Source: an uncultured Rhodospirillaceae bacterium
GTDB lineage: Bacteria; Pseudomonadota; Alphaproteobacteria; UBA9219
NCBI GenBank assembly: GCA_964626265.1
Contig: CAZVCG010000006.1
Coordinates: 133-64,132 of the forward strand
DNA: 64,000 nucleotides
Reading direction: 5' to 3'
The stretch's first letter is position 1; each line of letters opens with the position of its first letter. This document shows positions 8,585-17,404 of the stretch, piece by piece. Under the pieces are notes generated by a model that was not told the origin of the DNA, made no database searches, and saw only the letters and a list, made by a program, of their open reading frames with translations. The position numbers and the translations under genes are program-made.

Positions 8585-9250
8585 ATGCGGATTCCGAGAG
8601 AGTGGACTTTTGCCAATCGGTCTGTGGCCGAAGGGTTCGACCACCATGTGCGCGAACAATTGCCTTGGTACGATCTTCTGACTTCTGCCGTTTCCTATAT
8701 CGGGCGGCATTACATCCCGCAAGGCGGCCTTGTTTATGACATCGGGGCTTCCACGGGCAACATTGGCCGCGCCTTGCAAACAACGCTGGACTCCCGCAAT
8801 GCCGAACTGATTGCGATTGAAGAAAGCACGGAGATGGCCGCGCTTTATGACGGCCCTGGCTCTTTGGCGATCACGAACGCTTTGTCTTTTCCTTATCAGC
8901 CGTTCGATCTGGCCATTTGCTTTTTGGTTCTCATGTTCTTTCCGCCGAGCGAACGAGAACGGTTTCTTGATCGGCTCAAAGAAAATCTGCGTCCAGGCGG
9001 CGCAATCCTCGTGGTCGATAAATGTGAGGCCGTGCAGGGCTATCCCGCGACCATCCTTTCCCGCATTGCGCTTTCTCACAAGATTGCGGCTGGCGTTCAT
9101 CCGCAGGAGATTATCGAAAAAGAACTAAGCTTGAGCGGCGTGCAGCGCCCGATTGATCCGGCCATTCTGGGAGACGAAGCCGTTCCGTTCTTCCGCTTTG
9201 GCGAGTTTGCCGGATGGATTCTCGACTACAACAACCTGCATCGCAGCTAA
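8585..9250 (+). CDS. CmoA-family protein (carboxy-S-adenosyl-L-methionine synthase homolog / class-I SAM methyltransferase)
   Basis: It aligns collinearly with E. coli CmoA. EWTFANRSVAEGF...PWY matches DWTFDERVAEVF...PGY. VYDIGASTG matches VYDLGCSLG. ELIAIEESTEMAA matches KIIAIDNSPAMIE. FFPPSERERFLDRLKENLRPGGAILVVDK matches [29 protein letters not shown]. A strong RBS (GGAGG) lies upstream of the ATG at 8585. The ORF track begins at a TTG at 8543. Confidence 0.75.
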   Translation: MRIPREWTFANRSVAEGFDHHVREQLPWYDLLTSAVSYIGRHYIPQGGLVYDIGASTGNIGRALQTTLDSRNAELIAIEESTEMAALYDGPGSLAITNALSFPYQPFDLAICFLVLMFFPPSERERFLDRLKENLRPGGAILVVDKCEAVQGYPATILSRIALSHKIAAGVHPQEIIEKELSLSGVQRPIDPAILGDEAVPFFRFGEFAGWILDYNNLHRS

Positions 9251-9260
9251 GACAAAATGA

Positions 9261-9800
9261 ATGATGGGCCTGTCAATCCGAGCTTATGCCGCGCACAGGG
9301 GGTGTTCAAAAAGCGCGGTCATGAAGGCCGTTCAAAGTGGCCGGATTACCAGAGACGAAGACGGCAAGATTGATCCCGCCAAGGCCGATCTTCAATGGGA
9401 ACGAAATAGTGATCCTGGACAAGTGGAAGCGCAGAAAGAGGCACAACAACCAGCCCCTCCAGCGAAGCCCAAAACCAAAACAGACGAAACCGCACCCGCT
9501 GCATCATCTGCCGAAGGGCCGACCTACATCCAAAGCCGCGCCATCCGCGAGCTGTACGTCGCACGACTTCGGAAAATGGAATACGAGGAAAAGGCCGGAC
9601 GGCTCGTCCCCTTGGAAAAAGTAACCGTCCGCTGGTTCAATCTTGCGCGGCAATTGCGCGACCAGCTTTTGGGCATTCCCAACCGGATTGACGCTATCGT
9701 TGCGGCAGAAAGCGACCGTTTCAAGGTCAATCAGCTTTTAAGCGAAGAGCTTTCCCGCGTGTTGGAAGAGTTCTCCAAATCCGACCCCGAAAATCTTTAA
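9261..9800 (+). CDS. phage terminase small subunit (HTH-type)
   Basis: N-terminal HTH (GLSIRAYAAHRGCSKSAVMKAVQSG), and it sits immediately upstream of the large terminase. Confidence 0.7.
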   Translation: MMGLSIRAYAAHRGCSKSAVMKAVQSGRITRDEDGKIDPAKADLQWERNSDPGQVEAQKEAQQPAPPAKPKTKTDETAPAASSAEGPTYIQSRAIRELYVARLRKMEYEEKAGRLVPLEKVTVRWFNLARQLRDQLLGIPNRIDAIVAAESDRFKVNQLLSEELSRVLEEFSKSDPENL

Positions 9801-9804
9801 CAAT

Positions 9805-11721
9805 ATGCGCGATCCGCAAGAAACAGCTTTTATCCTTTCCTATCTGGAAGGGCTAAAGCCAGACCCCGTTTTGCTGGTTTCGGAATGGGCAGATAACAAC
9901 CGCTTTCTCTCCGGCAAGGCGGCGGCTGAACCTGGCCCCTGGCGCACAAACCGCACGCCGTATTTGCGTGAGATCATGGATTGCCTGTCGGCAAGCTCTC
10001 CCGTCGAACGGGTTGTTTTTATGAAAGGGGCACAGGTCGGCGGAACGGAATGCGGGAATAACTGGATCGGCTATATCATTCATCATACGCCTGGGCCGAC
10101 GATGCAAGTCAACCCGACGGTTGAAAACTCGAAGCGCAATTCCAAACAGCGCATCGACCCGCTGATTGAAGAAAGCCCCGTACTGCGGGAACTGGTCAAG
10201 CCAGCGCGATCCAAGGATTCCGGCAACACGGTTCTGACCAAAGAGTTTCCTGGCGGCATTCTTGTCATGGCGGGGGCGAACAGCGCGGCGGGGCTGCGCT
10301 CCATGCCCGTGCGGTTTTTGTTTCTGGACGAAGTGGACGCCTATCCTGGAGACGTGGAAGGTGAAGGCGACCCCATTGCTTTGGCCGAAGCGCGAACGCG
10401 CACCTTTGCGCGGCGCAAGATTTACCTGGTCTCGACGCCGACGATTAAAGGCCTATCTCGTATCGAGCGAGAATATGAAATCAGCGATCAACGTCGCTTT
10501 ATGCTGCCGTGCCCACGTTGCGGCGCGTTCCAATGGCTCAAGTTCCCACAGCTTAAATGGCCGCACAATCAGCCGGAGAAAGCGGCCTATGAGTGCGAAC
10601 ATTGCGGCCAGCTTTTTGATGAGCATCACAAAACGGACATGATGGCCAATGGTTATTGGCAGGCCCATGCCGAAGGCGATGGGCGCACGGCTGGTTTCCA
10701 TGTTTCCAGTTTGTATTCGCCGCTCGGCTGGCGAAGCTGGGCGGAAATTGCCCGCGCTTGGCTTGACGCGCAAGGTTCGGACGCTTCGATCAAATCGTTC
10801 AAGAATACCGAGCTTGGCGAAACCTATGTCGAAAGCGGCGAAGCGCCGGAGTGGCATCGCCTCTACGAACGCCGCGAAGATTACCGCATTTGCACCGTTC
10901 CGATGGGCGGCTTGTTTCTCACGGCTGGCGTGGATGTGCAAAAAGACCGCCTTGAACTGGAAATCGTAGCATGGGGCCGTGACCGCGAATGCTGGTCGGT
11001 GGATTATCGGGTTCTGCAAGGCGATCCCGCCAAGCCGGAGGTCTGGCAGGCGCTTGACGCTATCTTGGGTGAGAGCTTTACGCATGAAGCTGGCGTCAAT
11101 CTCGCCATCCTCAAACTGGCCATCGACACGGGCTATGCAACGCAGGAGGTTTACGACTGGGTACGTCATCAGCAAGGCGATAGGGTTATAGCCGTCAAGG
11201 GCGTTGACCGCCTTGGTGCGCCGCTGGGTGCGCCCAGCCCGATGGATGTGACGATACGGGGCAAGCGCAAGCGTCGCGGTCTTCTCGTTTGGCCCGTTGG
11301 CTCCTCCTTCAGTAAATCCGAAATCTATGGATGCCTGCGCAAAGACGCGCCGACCGACGAACAAAAAGCGGAAGGCACAGGCTTTCCCCCTGGCTATTGC
11401 CACTTCCCGAAATACGGCGAGGAGTATTTCAAGCAGCTCACAGCCGAGCGGCTTGTGACGATCAAAGACAAACGAGGCTTTCCGCACCGCGAATGGCACA
11501 AAGAGCGAGAACGCAACGAAGCCCTCGATTGCCGCGTGTACGCCCGCGCCGCCGCCGCCAGCGTCGGTATCGACCGCTTCACCGAGGCCATCTGGCAGAG
11601 GCTCGAAAAGGCTTTGGGCGTTAGTGATGAAGTCAACAGCCCCACAGATGAAGCCCCCACCTCACAAGCCAAGTCGCCACCCGTCCTCCAACGCCGCACG
11701 ATAAGGAGCAGTTATGTATGA
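9805..11721 (+). CDS. phage terminase large subunit (lambda GpA family)
   Basis: A 638-aa product with LLVSEWADNNRF...PWRTNRTPYLREIMD...KGAQVGGTE, characteristic of GpA-type TerL. Confidence 0.9.
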   Translation: MRDPQETAFILSYLEGLKPDPVLLVSEWADNNRFLSGKAAAEPGPWRTNRTPYLREIMDCLSASSPVERVVFMKGAQVGGTECGNNWIGYIIHHTPGPTMQVNPTVENSKRNSKQRIDPLIEESPVLRELVKPARSKDSGNTVLTKEFPGGILVMAGANSAAGLRSMPVRFLFLDEVDAYPGDVEGEGDPIALAEARTRTFARRKIYLVSTPTIKGLSRIEREYEISDQRRFMLPCPRCGAFQWLKFPQLKWPHNQPEKAAYECEHCGQLFDEHHKTDMMANGYWQAHAEGDGRTAGFHVSSLYSPLGWRSWAEIARAWLDAQGSDASIKSFKNTELGETYVESGEAPEWHRLYERREDYRICTVPMGGLFLTAGVDVQKDRLELEIVAWGRDRECWSVDYRVLQGDPAKPEVWQALDAILGESFTHEAGVNLAILKLAIDTGYATQEVYDWVRHQQGDRVIAVKGVDRLGAPLGAPSPMDVTIRGKRKRRGLLVWPVGSSFSKSEIYGCLRKDAPTDEQKAEGTGFPPGYCHFPKYGEEYFKQLTAERLVTIKDKRGFPHREWHKERERNEALDCRVYARAAAASVGIDRFTEAIWQRLEKALGVSDEVNSPTDEAPTSQAKSPPVLQRRTIRSSYV

Positions 11722-11894
11722 CGCTTCCCGATTTCGAGAAATACAGAGGCTACATGGGCGAGTTTGATATGACGGATCAGGAGCGGGACGAAGTGACTTT
11801 GGCTTTATGGACGATCATCAATCACTTTATTGACCAAGCCTTCGGAGAGCATCCCGTTCAATTGTGCAAAAAGGCCACAAAAACAACCACTTGA
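11718..11894 (+). CDS. small ORF (58 aa) in the position of a gpW-like head-tail joining gene
   Basis: MTLPDFEKYRGYMGEFDMTDQERDEVTLALWTIINHFIDQAFGEHPVQLCKKATKTTT. Its start overlaps the terL stop. It is not in the ORF track because it is shorter than 60 aa. Confidence 0.3.
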   Translation: MTLPDFEKYRGYMGEFDMTDQERDEVTLALWTIINHFIDQAFGEHPVQLCKKATKTTT

Positions 11895-11949
11895 CCCGTG
11901 AATTTTGCCGCACCCTTTGCTATAATGGCGAGTTACTTCAGGAGGTGAA

Positions 11950-12291
11950 ATGACCCATAACGCATATATCTATTGCCGTTCCGCGACGCGCGATCCAACA
12001 GACCCGTTGCCGGAGTCCATAAAAAAACAAGACCGCTTTTGTCGGCTATACGCAGAAAAAGAAAACATCAACGTCATAGAAACTGTGACTGATATAGGCA
12101 TTTCGGGACTTTCCGAAAACCGTGAGGGATTTGATCGTCTTTTGGCCTTGTTGAACGACTTACCCAAGCCACGGGTCGTTATCATTTCCTCCCATGATCG
12201 TCTGGCTCGAAGCTTTGACGTCCTAATCCGCCTAAAAGAAAAAATTGAGGAAGCCGACGCCACGCTCCTTTTTGCTTATAAAGGTGATTAA
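11950..12291 (+). CDS. serine-recombinase resolvase-domain paralog, truncated (113 aa) and likely catalytically inactive
   Basis: It aligns to the N-domain of the downstream recombinase (DRLARS, VII, G.SG blocks), but the catalytic RVSS motif is replaced by RSAT. It has a strong RBS (AGGAGG) and a TATAAT box upstream. Confidence 0.65.
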   Translation: MTHNAYIYCRSATRDPTDPLPESIKKQDRFCRLYAEKENINVIETVTDIGISGLSENREGFDRLLALLNDLPKPRVVIISSHDRLARSFDVLIRLKEKIEEADATLLFAYKGD

Positions 12292-12299
12292 AACTTCGC

Positions 12300-13847
12300 A
12301 TGATCCATTCCGCCGTTGTCTATTGCCGCGTTTCCAGCCCTAAACAAGTCAAAGAGGGGCACGGGCTGGGGTCGCAAGAGACGCGGTGCAGGGAATACGC
12401 GAAGTTCAAGAATTATGATGTGATCCAAGTTTTCCAAGACGAAGGCGTTTCGGGCGGCATGATTGACCGCCCTGGCATGCAAGCCATGCTGACTTTCTTG
12501 AGAAAGCAAAAGAAAGAACCTCTCGCCGTCATCATTGACGACATAAGCCGCCTTGCGCGTGGGCTTGAAGCCCATTTGGAATTGCGGACGGCCATCGCGC
12601 AAGCTGGCGGTAAATTGGAATCCCCTTCGATTGAGTTTGGCGAGGATTCCGACAGCCGCCTTGTCGAAAACCTTCTGGCCAGCGTCTCGCAACACCAACG
12701 GCAAAAGAATGCCGAGCAAGTCGTGAACCGCATGAGGGCGCGTGCGATGAATGGCTATTGGGTCGCATGTCCGATTATCGGCTATCATTATCAGAACGTT
12801 CCAGGCCACGGCAAAATGCTTGTAAGGCAAGAACCTGTGGCCTCGATTGTTCAAGAAGCCTTGGAAGGCTTCGCGCACGGACGTTTTGAAACCAAAAGCG
12901 AGGTCAAAAGGTTTTTGGAAGAGCAAGAGGGCTATCCCAAAGATCGTAAAGGCGAGGTTCATCTTCAGCGCGTTGAAAACATTCTTCGCCGCGTCGCCTA
13001 TGCGGGCTACCTCAACACACCAGAATGGGACATTCATTTCCTTCCGGCCAAGCACGAGCCGCTTATCAATTTCGAGACGTGGCAGAAAATACAAGAACGT
13101 CTTGATGGCGCGGCGAAGGCTCCGGTGCGAAAGGATCTTCGGGAAGATTTTCCTTTGCGCGGATTTGTCCTGTGCGCCCATTGTGGGAAGCCCATGACAT
13201 CTTGTTGGTCGAGGGGCCGCAACGGAAATTATCCCTATTACTTCTGCGACACGAAGGGCTGTCCCGACTACCGGAAATCAATTCGTAAAGAAAAGCTGGA
13301 AAGCGATTTTGAGGTCTTGCTGGAAGGCCTTTGCCCTTCGGAGAAGTTTGTCGCCCTTGCCAAGGAAATGTTTCGGGAAAGCTGGGAGGCGCGAAACGCC
13401 AACAAGAAGGAAGGCCTTCTCCTCTGCAAAGCAGAGCTTCAGGCGCTTGAACGAAAAGAGGCCCAATTTCTGGATCGACTTGTCGAGGCCGACAATCCGA
13501 ACCTGATCCTTGCCTATGAAAACCGGATCAAGGAACTGGGGCTTCGGAAGATCGTTTTGAGGGAAAAAATCGAGGCCAGCGGGCGGCCTCAGCAAAGCTT
13601 CAACGAGATTTATCGAACCGCCTTCGATTTTCTCAAAAATCCGCAGAAACTCTGGGTTTCCGGCGATATTATGGCCCAAAGAACCGTCCTAAAACTCACT
13701 TTTGAGGAGAACCTGAAATACGGTAGAAATGAGGGTTTTCGAACCGCTCTAACTACTTGTCCTTTCAGGTTTTTTCGGGACTTTAGTGCCGATAACTCCT
13801 TAATGGTGCCCCAGGAGGGACTTGAACCCCCACATCCTTGCGGATAG
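12300..13847 (+). CDS. large serine recombinase (phage integrase)
   Basis: Resolvase domain (VVYCRVSSPKQ), recombinase domain, zinc ribbon (CAHCGKPM...YYFCD..C) and a coiled-coil region. The 3' end runs into the tRNA-Leu gene. Confidence 0.9.
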   Translation: MIHSAVVYCRVSSPKQVKEGHGLGSQETRCREYAKFKNYDVIQVFQDEGVSGGMIDRPGMQAMLTFLRKQKKEPLAVIIDDISRLARGLEAHLELRTAIAQAGGKLESPSIEFGEDSDSRLVENLLASVSQHQRQKNAEQVVNRMRARAMNGYWVACPIIGYHYQNVPGHGKMLVRQEPVASIVQEALEGFAHGRFETKSEVKRFLEEQEGYPKDRKGEVHLQRVENILRRVAYAGYLNTPEWDIHFLPAKHEPLINFETWQKIQERLDGAAKAPVRKDLREDFPLRGFVLCAHCGKPMTSCWSRGRNGNYPYYFCDTKGCPDYRKSIRKEKLESDFEVLLEGLCPSEKFVALAKEMFRESWEARNANKKEGLLLCKAELQALERKEAQFLDRLVEADNPNLILAYENRIKELGLRKIVLREKIEASGRPQQSFNEIYRTAFDFLKNPQKLWVSGDIMAQRTVLKLTFEENLKYGRNEGFRTALTTCPFRFFRDFSADNSLMVPQEGLEPPHPCG

Positions 13848-13890
13848 CAGATTTTGAGTCTGCCGCGTCTACCAATTCCACCACTGGGGC
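13804..13890 (-). tRNA. tRNA-Leu(CAA), 87 nt with a long variable arm and an encoded CCA end
   Basis: Folded by hand from the minus-strand sequence GCCCCAGTGGTGGAATTGGTAGACGCGGCAGACTCAAAATCTGC...CCTGGGGCACCA. The 7-bp acceptor stem, the anticodon stem GCAGA/TCTGC and the loop CTCAAAA give anticodon CAA. Confidence 0.85.
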
Positions 13891-13969
13891 GAATACCAAA
13901 AACCGAGGGATAATAACGGGATGTTCAGCTTGGTCAATCGGATAATGAACGTATTGCAAAATAAGGTCT

Positions 13970-15154
13970 TTAACCCTTATCCCGCTGGGCTTGGCGCAAA
14001 AAATCCTGGGCTTTGTCCTTCATAGTATCCTCTATGCGGGCAGCCGCCTGCCATATGAGGCGGCTGACTGCGGGCAGAGCCTCCCCCCCCTTGTCGAGGA
14101 CCAGCCGAACGGCCCCCGTGCGCAGAGCCATGAAAATGATGGGATCACCGCCGTAATTCGCCGTCTCTCGCGCGATGCCTGCCATTATGTTAGCCATTTC
14201 GTCGCGCGTGGGGCCATCATCGGGCTGGCGCAAAAGCTTTGCCCGTTCTTCGACCAAGGCCCGCGCCAAAGGATGCGAGAACTCGCGCTTCGGAATCGTG
14301 ACCGTCATTTTGCCGCTCGTGGCCGTGTTGCCCGCCGCGTCTGTGACCTCAAGCTGAAGATCGACAGGCGATCCTGCCCACGGCAAGAAAGTGAGATCCT
14401 CAATGACGGCCTCTTTCACATGGCGTGTTTTCGGCGAAGAAAGAAAAACCGTCATGCCCTGTTGGACAAAATCGGTTTGCAGGCCGTTCACGGGGCGAAC
14501 CCGCAACGTAATCGAATGTATGCCGTAATCATCGGACGCTTCATAGGACAAACGCGTTGCCTTATGCTCGTATGTCATGGGAGGATCGACAAACGCCACG
14601 CGCGGCGCTGCATCGCGGATCACGCGCGTTTTCCACGAAGCCAATTCGGTCCAGCCCTGATGCAGCGTTATGGAATCGCCGCTTTCAAGCTCCGCGCTCG
14701 CCACAAGACGGCCCTTGCCGTTGAGCTTGAGGGGGATGGTCTTCCCTGCCACCTCGAGCGTGGGGGGATCGTCCTGATCGGGAAGATCGACGCGTAACGT
14801 GCTGCCCGCCGGGACGTCGATATTTCTGCCTGATTGAACCTCGCCGGACTCGACAGCCAGGACTATCGGCGGCAGGTCGGTATATTTCGGCGGAAAGATT
14901 GACGCGTTCAACTCAAGTGGCTTTTTGGACGCGATAAGCGACGAGATGACCGGCCAGCTCTTCGGGCCCCAGCCAGCAACGCTCAGACCCAAGCCGACGA
15001 GGACGACAAACAATGCCAGATAGCGTAATTTGAAGCTGAAGCGCCCGCTCGCGTTCCGTAATTTGGCGGCATGAATCCCTTGCCCAAGCCGAAGCCCGCG
15101 CGGAGATTCGAAGGAGAACAAGCGATTCGAAGACTTGGGATGTAATGACATCAA
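13970..15154 (-). CDS. alphaproteobacterial membrane protein (TIGR02302/DUF4175-like) adjacent to lysA
   Basis: N-terminal TM segment. Its position downstream of lysA matches the typical alphaproteobacterial neighbourhood. The assignment comes from synteny and composition rather than from motifs. Confidence 0.4.
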   Translation of the reverse strand: MMSLHPKSSNRLFSFESPRGLRLGQGIHAAKLRNASGRFSFKLRYLALFVVLVGLGLSVAGWGPKSWPVISSLIASKKPLELNASIFPPKYTDLPPIVLAVESGEVQSGRNIDVPAGSTLRVDLPDQDDPPTLEVAGKTIPLKLNGKGRLVASAELESGDSITLHQGWTELASWKTRVIRDAAPRVAFVDPPMTYEHKATRLSYEASDDYGIHSITLRVRPVNGLQTDFVQQGMTVFLSSPKTRHVKEAVIEDLTFLPWAGSPVDLQLEVTDAAGNTATSGKMTVTIPKREFSHPLARALVEERAKLLRQPDDGPTRDEMANIMAGIARETANYGGDPIIFMALRTGAVRLVLDKGGEALPAVSRLIWQAAARIEDTMKDKAQDFLRQAQRDKG

Positions 15155-15274
15155 AGGGTTAATAGCGCGTTTGGGTTAATTGGCGTCCTTCAAGGGCGAA
15201 TCATCATGCCTTTTTAGCACAGTTTGCGGCCAAAAGGTGACGATCAAATAATAAGCCTTAACACACGGCGGTCA

Positions 15275-16549
15275 TCACGCCGCCGCCGTCGCGTTTATCC
15301 ACGAAGGCAACGTTTCCCAAGCGATTTGCTCAGCCACCGACACCCGACGCCGGACAACCGCGAATTGAGTGCCGTTGACCATGACCTCGGGGATCAGCGG
15401 ACGCCCATAATAAGTGGACGCCATCGAACTGCCGTAGGCACCCGCCTGTAATATGGCTATCAAGTCGCCCTGCATCATCGGCGGCATGAAGTAGCTCTCG
15501 CCGAACACATCGACGGGTTCGCACAACGGTCCCGCTACCGTCATCGGCATAAGGGCCACGCCCTGATTTTCCTTCACGGGCAATATGCCGTGCCGCGCGC
15601 CGTGTAACGCCGGGCGAATCAGATCGTTCATGCCCGCATCAATGATAAGGTAGTTTTTCAGCGGCGTTTTCTTGAATTGTATGGCCCGCGCCACCAATAT
15701 CCCCGCGTCTCCCACAAGCCTGCGGCCCGGCTCGACGGATATGGCGCAGTTCAAAGGCGCGATAATATCCTTCACGATGTTAACATAATCGATGAAAGGC
15801 GCGACATTCTGGCCTTCATAAGCGATGCTGAACCCGCCGCCGAGATCGAGCCGCTCTATGGCGATGCCTTGGGCGCGGCAGATGTTCACCATGTCGGCCA
15901 GCGTTTGGTACGCCTGACGGAACGGCTCGTAGTCGTAGCCATGCCCGCCGACGTGCACGGCAAGCCCTTTAAGCTCAAGCCCCGGCAATGACGACGACAA
16001 CATGATCGCCTCTGCCAGTTGCGCGACGTCGATCCCGAATTTGGAATCCTTGTAGTTCGGCGTCGATTTTTTGAGGGCCTTAACGTCAAGGTCTGGATTG
16101 ATCCGCAAGACGACGGGCGCAGGACGGTCAAGCGACAGGCTGACCTGACTGATCATCTGAAGCTCGGGGATGGAATCAGCGTTGATCTGATACGCCCGCG
16201 AAAGGATGGCGGACGCAATGTCGTCCCGGGTCTTGCCGACGCCGTTGAAGACGATTTTTTCAGGTTGAACACCCGCCTGAAGCACGCGCTCCAACTCTCC
16301 CACCGATGTGACATCGGCTCCCGCCCCGCAATCGGCCAGCGTACGGATAACCGCCTGATTTGTGTTGGCCTTGGTCGAGTAATGAAGCGTGACGTTCATG
16401 CCCACGAACGGTTCGTCGAACGCCTTGTAATTCTGTTTCAAGCGCTCTGTGGAATAGCAATAGAACGGAGTTCCGACCTCTTCCGCGATTTGCGTTAACG
16501 GGACCGATTCCGCAGATAAGACATTGTTACGATAATCGAAAATGTACAT
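15275..16549 (-). CDS. lysA: diaminopimelate decarboxylase
   Basis: Orn/DAP/Arg decarboxylase family-2 motifs (GTPFYCYS, HYSTKAN, GELERVLQAG). The start is set at MYIFDYRNN. The ORF track extends to 16633. Confidence 0.9.
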   Translation of the reverse strand: MYIFDYRNNVLSAESVPLTQIAEEVGTPFYCYSTERLKQNYKAFDEPFVGMNVTLHYSTKANTNQAVIRTLADCGAGADVTSVGELERVLQAGVQPEKIVFNGVGKTRDDIASAILSRAYQINADSIPELQMISQVSLSLDRPAPVVLRINPDLDVKALKKSTPNYKDSKFGIDVAQLAEAIMLSSSLPGLELKGLAVHVGGHGYDYEPFRQAYQTLADMVNICRAQGIAIERLDLGGGFSIAYEGQNVAPFIDYVNIVKDIIAPLNCAISVEPGRRLVGDAGILVARAIQFKKTPLKNYLIIDAGMNDLIRPALHGARHGILPVKENQGVALMPMTVAGPLCEPVDVFGESYFMPPMMQGDLIAILQAGAYGSSMASTYYGRPLIPEVMVNGTQFAVVRRRVSVAEQIAWETLPSWINATAAA

Positions 16550-16559
16550 AATGATCGTC

Positions 16560-16712
16560 TCAAGACGGCGGATCGGTGGACGGATCAGGATATGTGCGTG
16601 GGAAAACGGCGGTTGAGCCAACGGGCGGATCAACCTGTCCGGGCTTTTTGCCGCATCCCGTCAACGTCCCTCCGGCGATCAGGAGAGCTAGCGCAATGAG
16701 GAATGCCCTCAT
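16560..16712 (-). CDS. small lipoprotein (LptM/YifL-like) upstream of lysA
   Basis: MRAFLIALALLIAGGTLTGCGKK carries a lipobox. This position is conserved next to lysA. Confidence 0.5.
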   Translation of the reverse strand: MRAFLIALALLIAGGTLTGCGKKPGQVDPPVGSTAVFPRTYPDPSTDPPS

Positions 16713-16795
16713 TTGAGGGCGCGGGCCGTTCTTGACGATTTGTTGACGAATGACATTGATCATGGGGAAACCCAACAGGAAGCGGCCAATACTTT

Positions 16796-17356
16796 ATGAT
16801 GATTAAGAGAGTTTACGCAACATTCGTTTTTCTCCTCATGTTCTGCGGGCCTGTCGTCGCCAACGGCGATTCCCCACGCGATCTGAGCGCCAGTTTCCAA
16901 ATGTTGGATACGCCATGGGAAGTCCCCGACCTTCTGTTTCGGGACGGCAACGGACGGGAATACACGCTGCACAACATGCTCAATAACGAATTGAAGGGGC
17001 ATTACGTCCTTTTGGCCGTATGGGCAACCTGGTGCACGCCGTGCATGATGGAAATGCCGTCGCTCGACGCCTTACAAGGCATGATGGGGGCGAGAAACTT
17101 GACCGTTCTGGCGTTATCTCAGGAGCGCGAGGGAGCCGTTCTCGTGCCGGCCTTCTATCGACGACACGGCATCACAAACCTTAAAGTCTTCGTCGATTCC
17201 GACGGGCGCGCGATTCGACGCCTGCGCCTGCGCGGCATTCCTACGACCATCCTGATCGCGCCCGACGGCAACGAAATAGGACGCATATCCCGGCGCATAG
17301 AATGGGACCGGCCCGACAACGTCGCCGCGCTCGAAGCGATCATGGCGTCGCGTTAG
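16796..17356 (+). CDS. tlpA: TlpA/ResA-family periplasmic thiol:disulfide oxidoreductase
   Basis: Signal peptide and a WATWCTPC thioredoxin motif. Confidence 0.75.
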   Translation: MMIKRVYATFVFLLMFCGPVVANGDSPRDLSASFQMLDTPWEVPDLLFRDGNGREYTLHNMLNNELKGHYVLLAVWATWCTPCMMEMPSLDALQGMMGARNLTVLALSQEREGAVLVPAFYRRHGITNLKVFVDSDGRAIRRLRLRGIPTTILIAPDGNEIGRISRRIEWDRPDNVAALEAIMASR

Positions 17357-17404
17357 AGCCAGTTCAAATAATTTACGTATAAGTATATGCTTTGCCGTTA
17401 GTGT

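Larger units (their letters stand above)
1..13890. mobile_element. integrated phage-derived element (prophage remnant or satellite-like) at tRNA-Leu. Its left boundary is not resolved and may lie upstream of the window.
   Basis: Contiguous repressor, primase, DUF1376, ParB, MTases, TerS, TerL, serine recombinase and tRNA, with no portal, capsid or tail genes. Confidence 0.5.

Noticed and set aside
10453-11499. 348-aa ORF on the minus strand
   Set aside because: It is entirely antisense to the well-supported terminase large subunit gene. It is a GC-rich shadow ORF with no motifs.
11880-11950. TTGACC ... TATAAT sigma-70 promoter upstream of the resolvase-fragment gene
   Set aside because: The spacer is 24 bp, which is not canonical. 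The TATAAT box and strong RBS are real, but the -35 assignment is unsupported.
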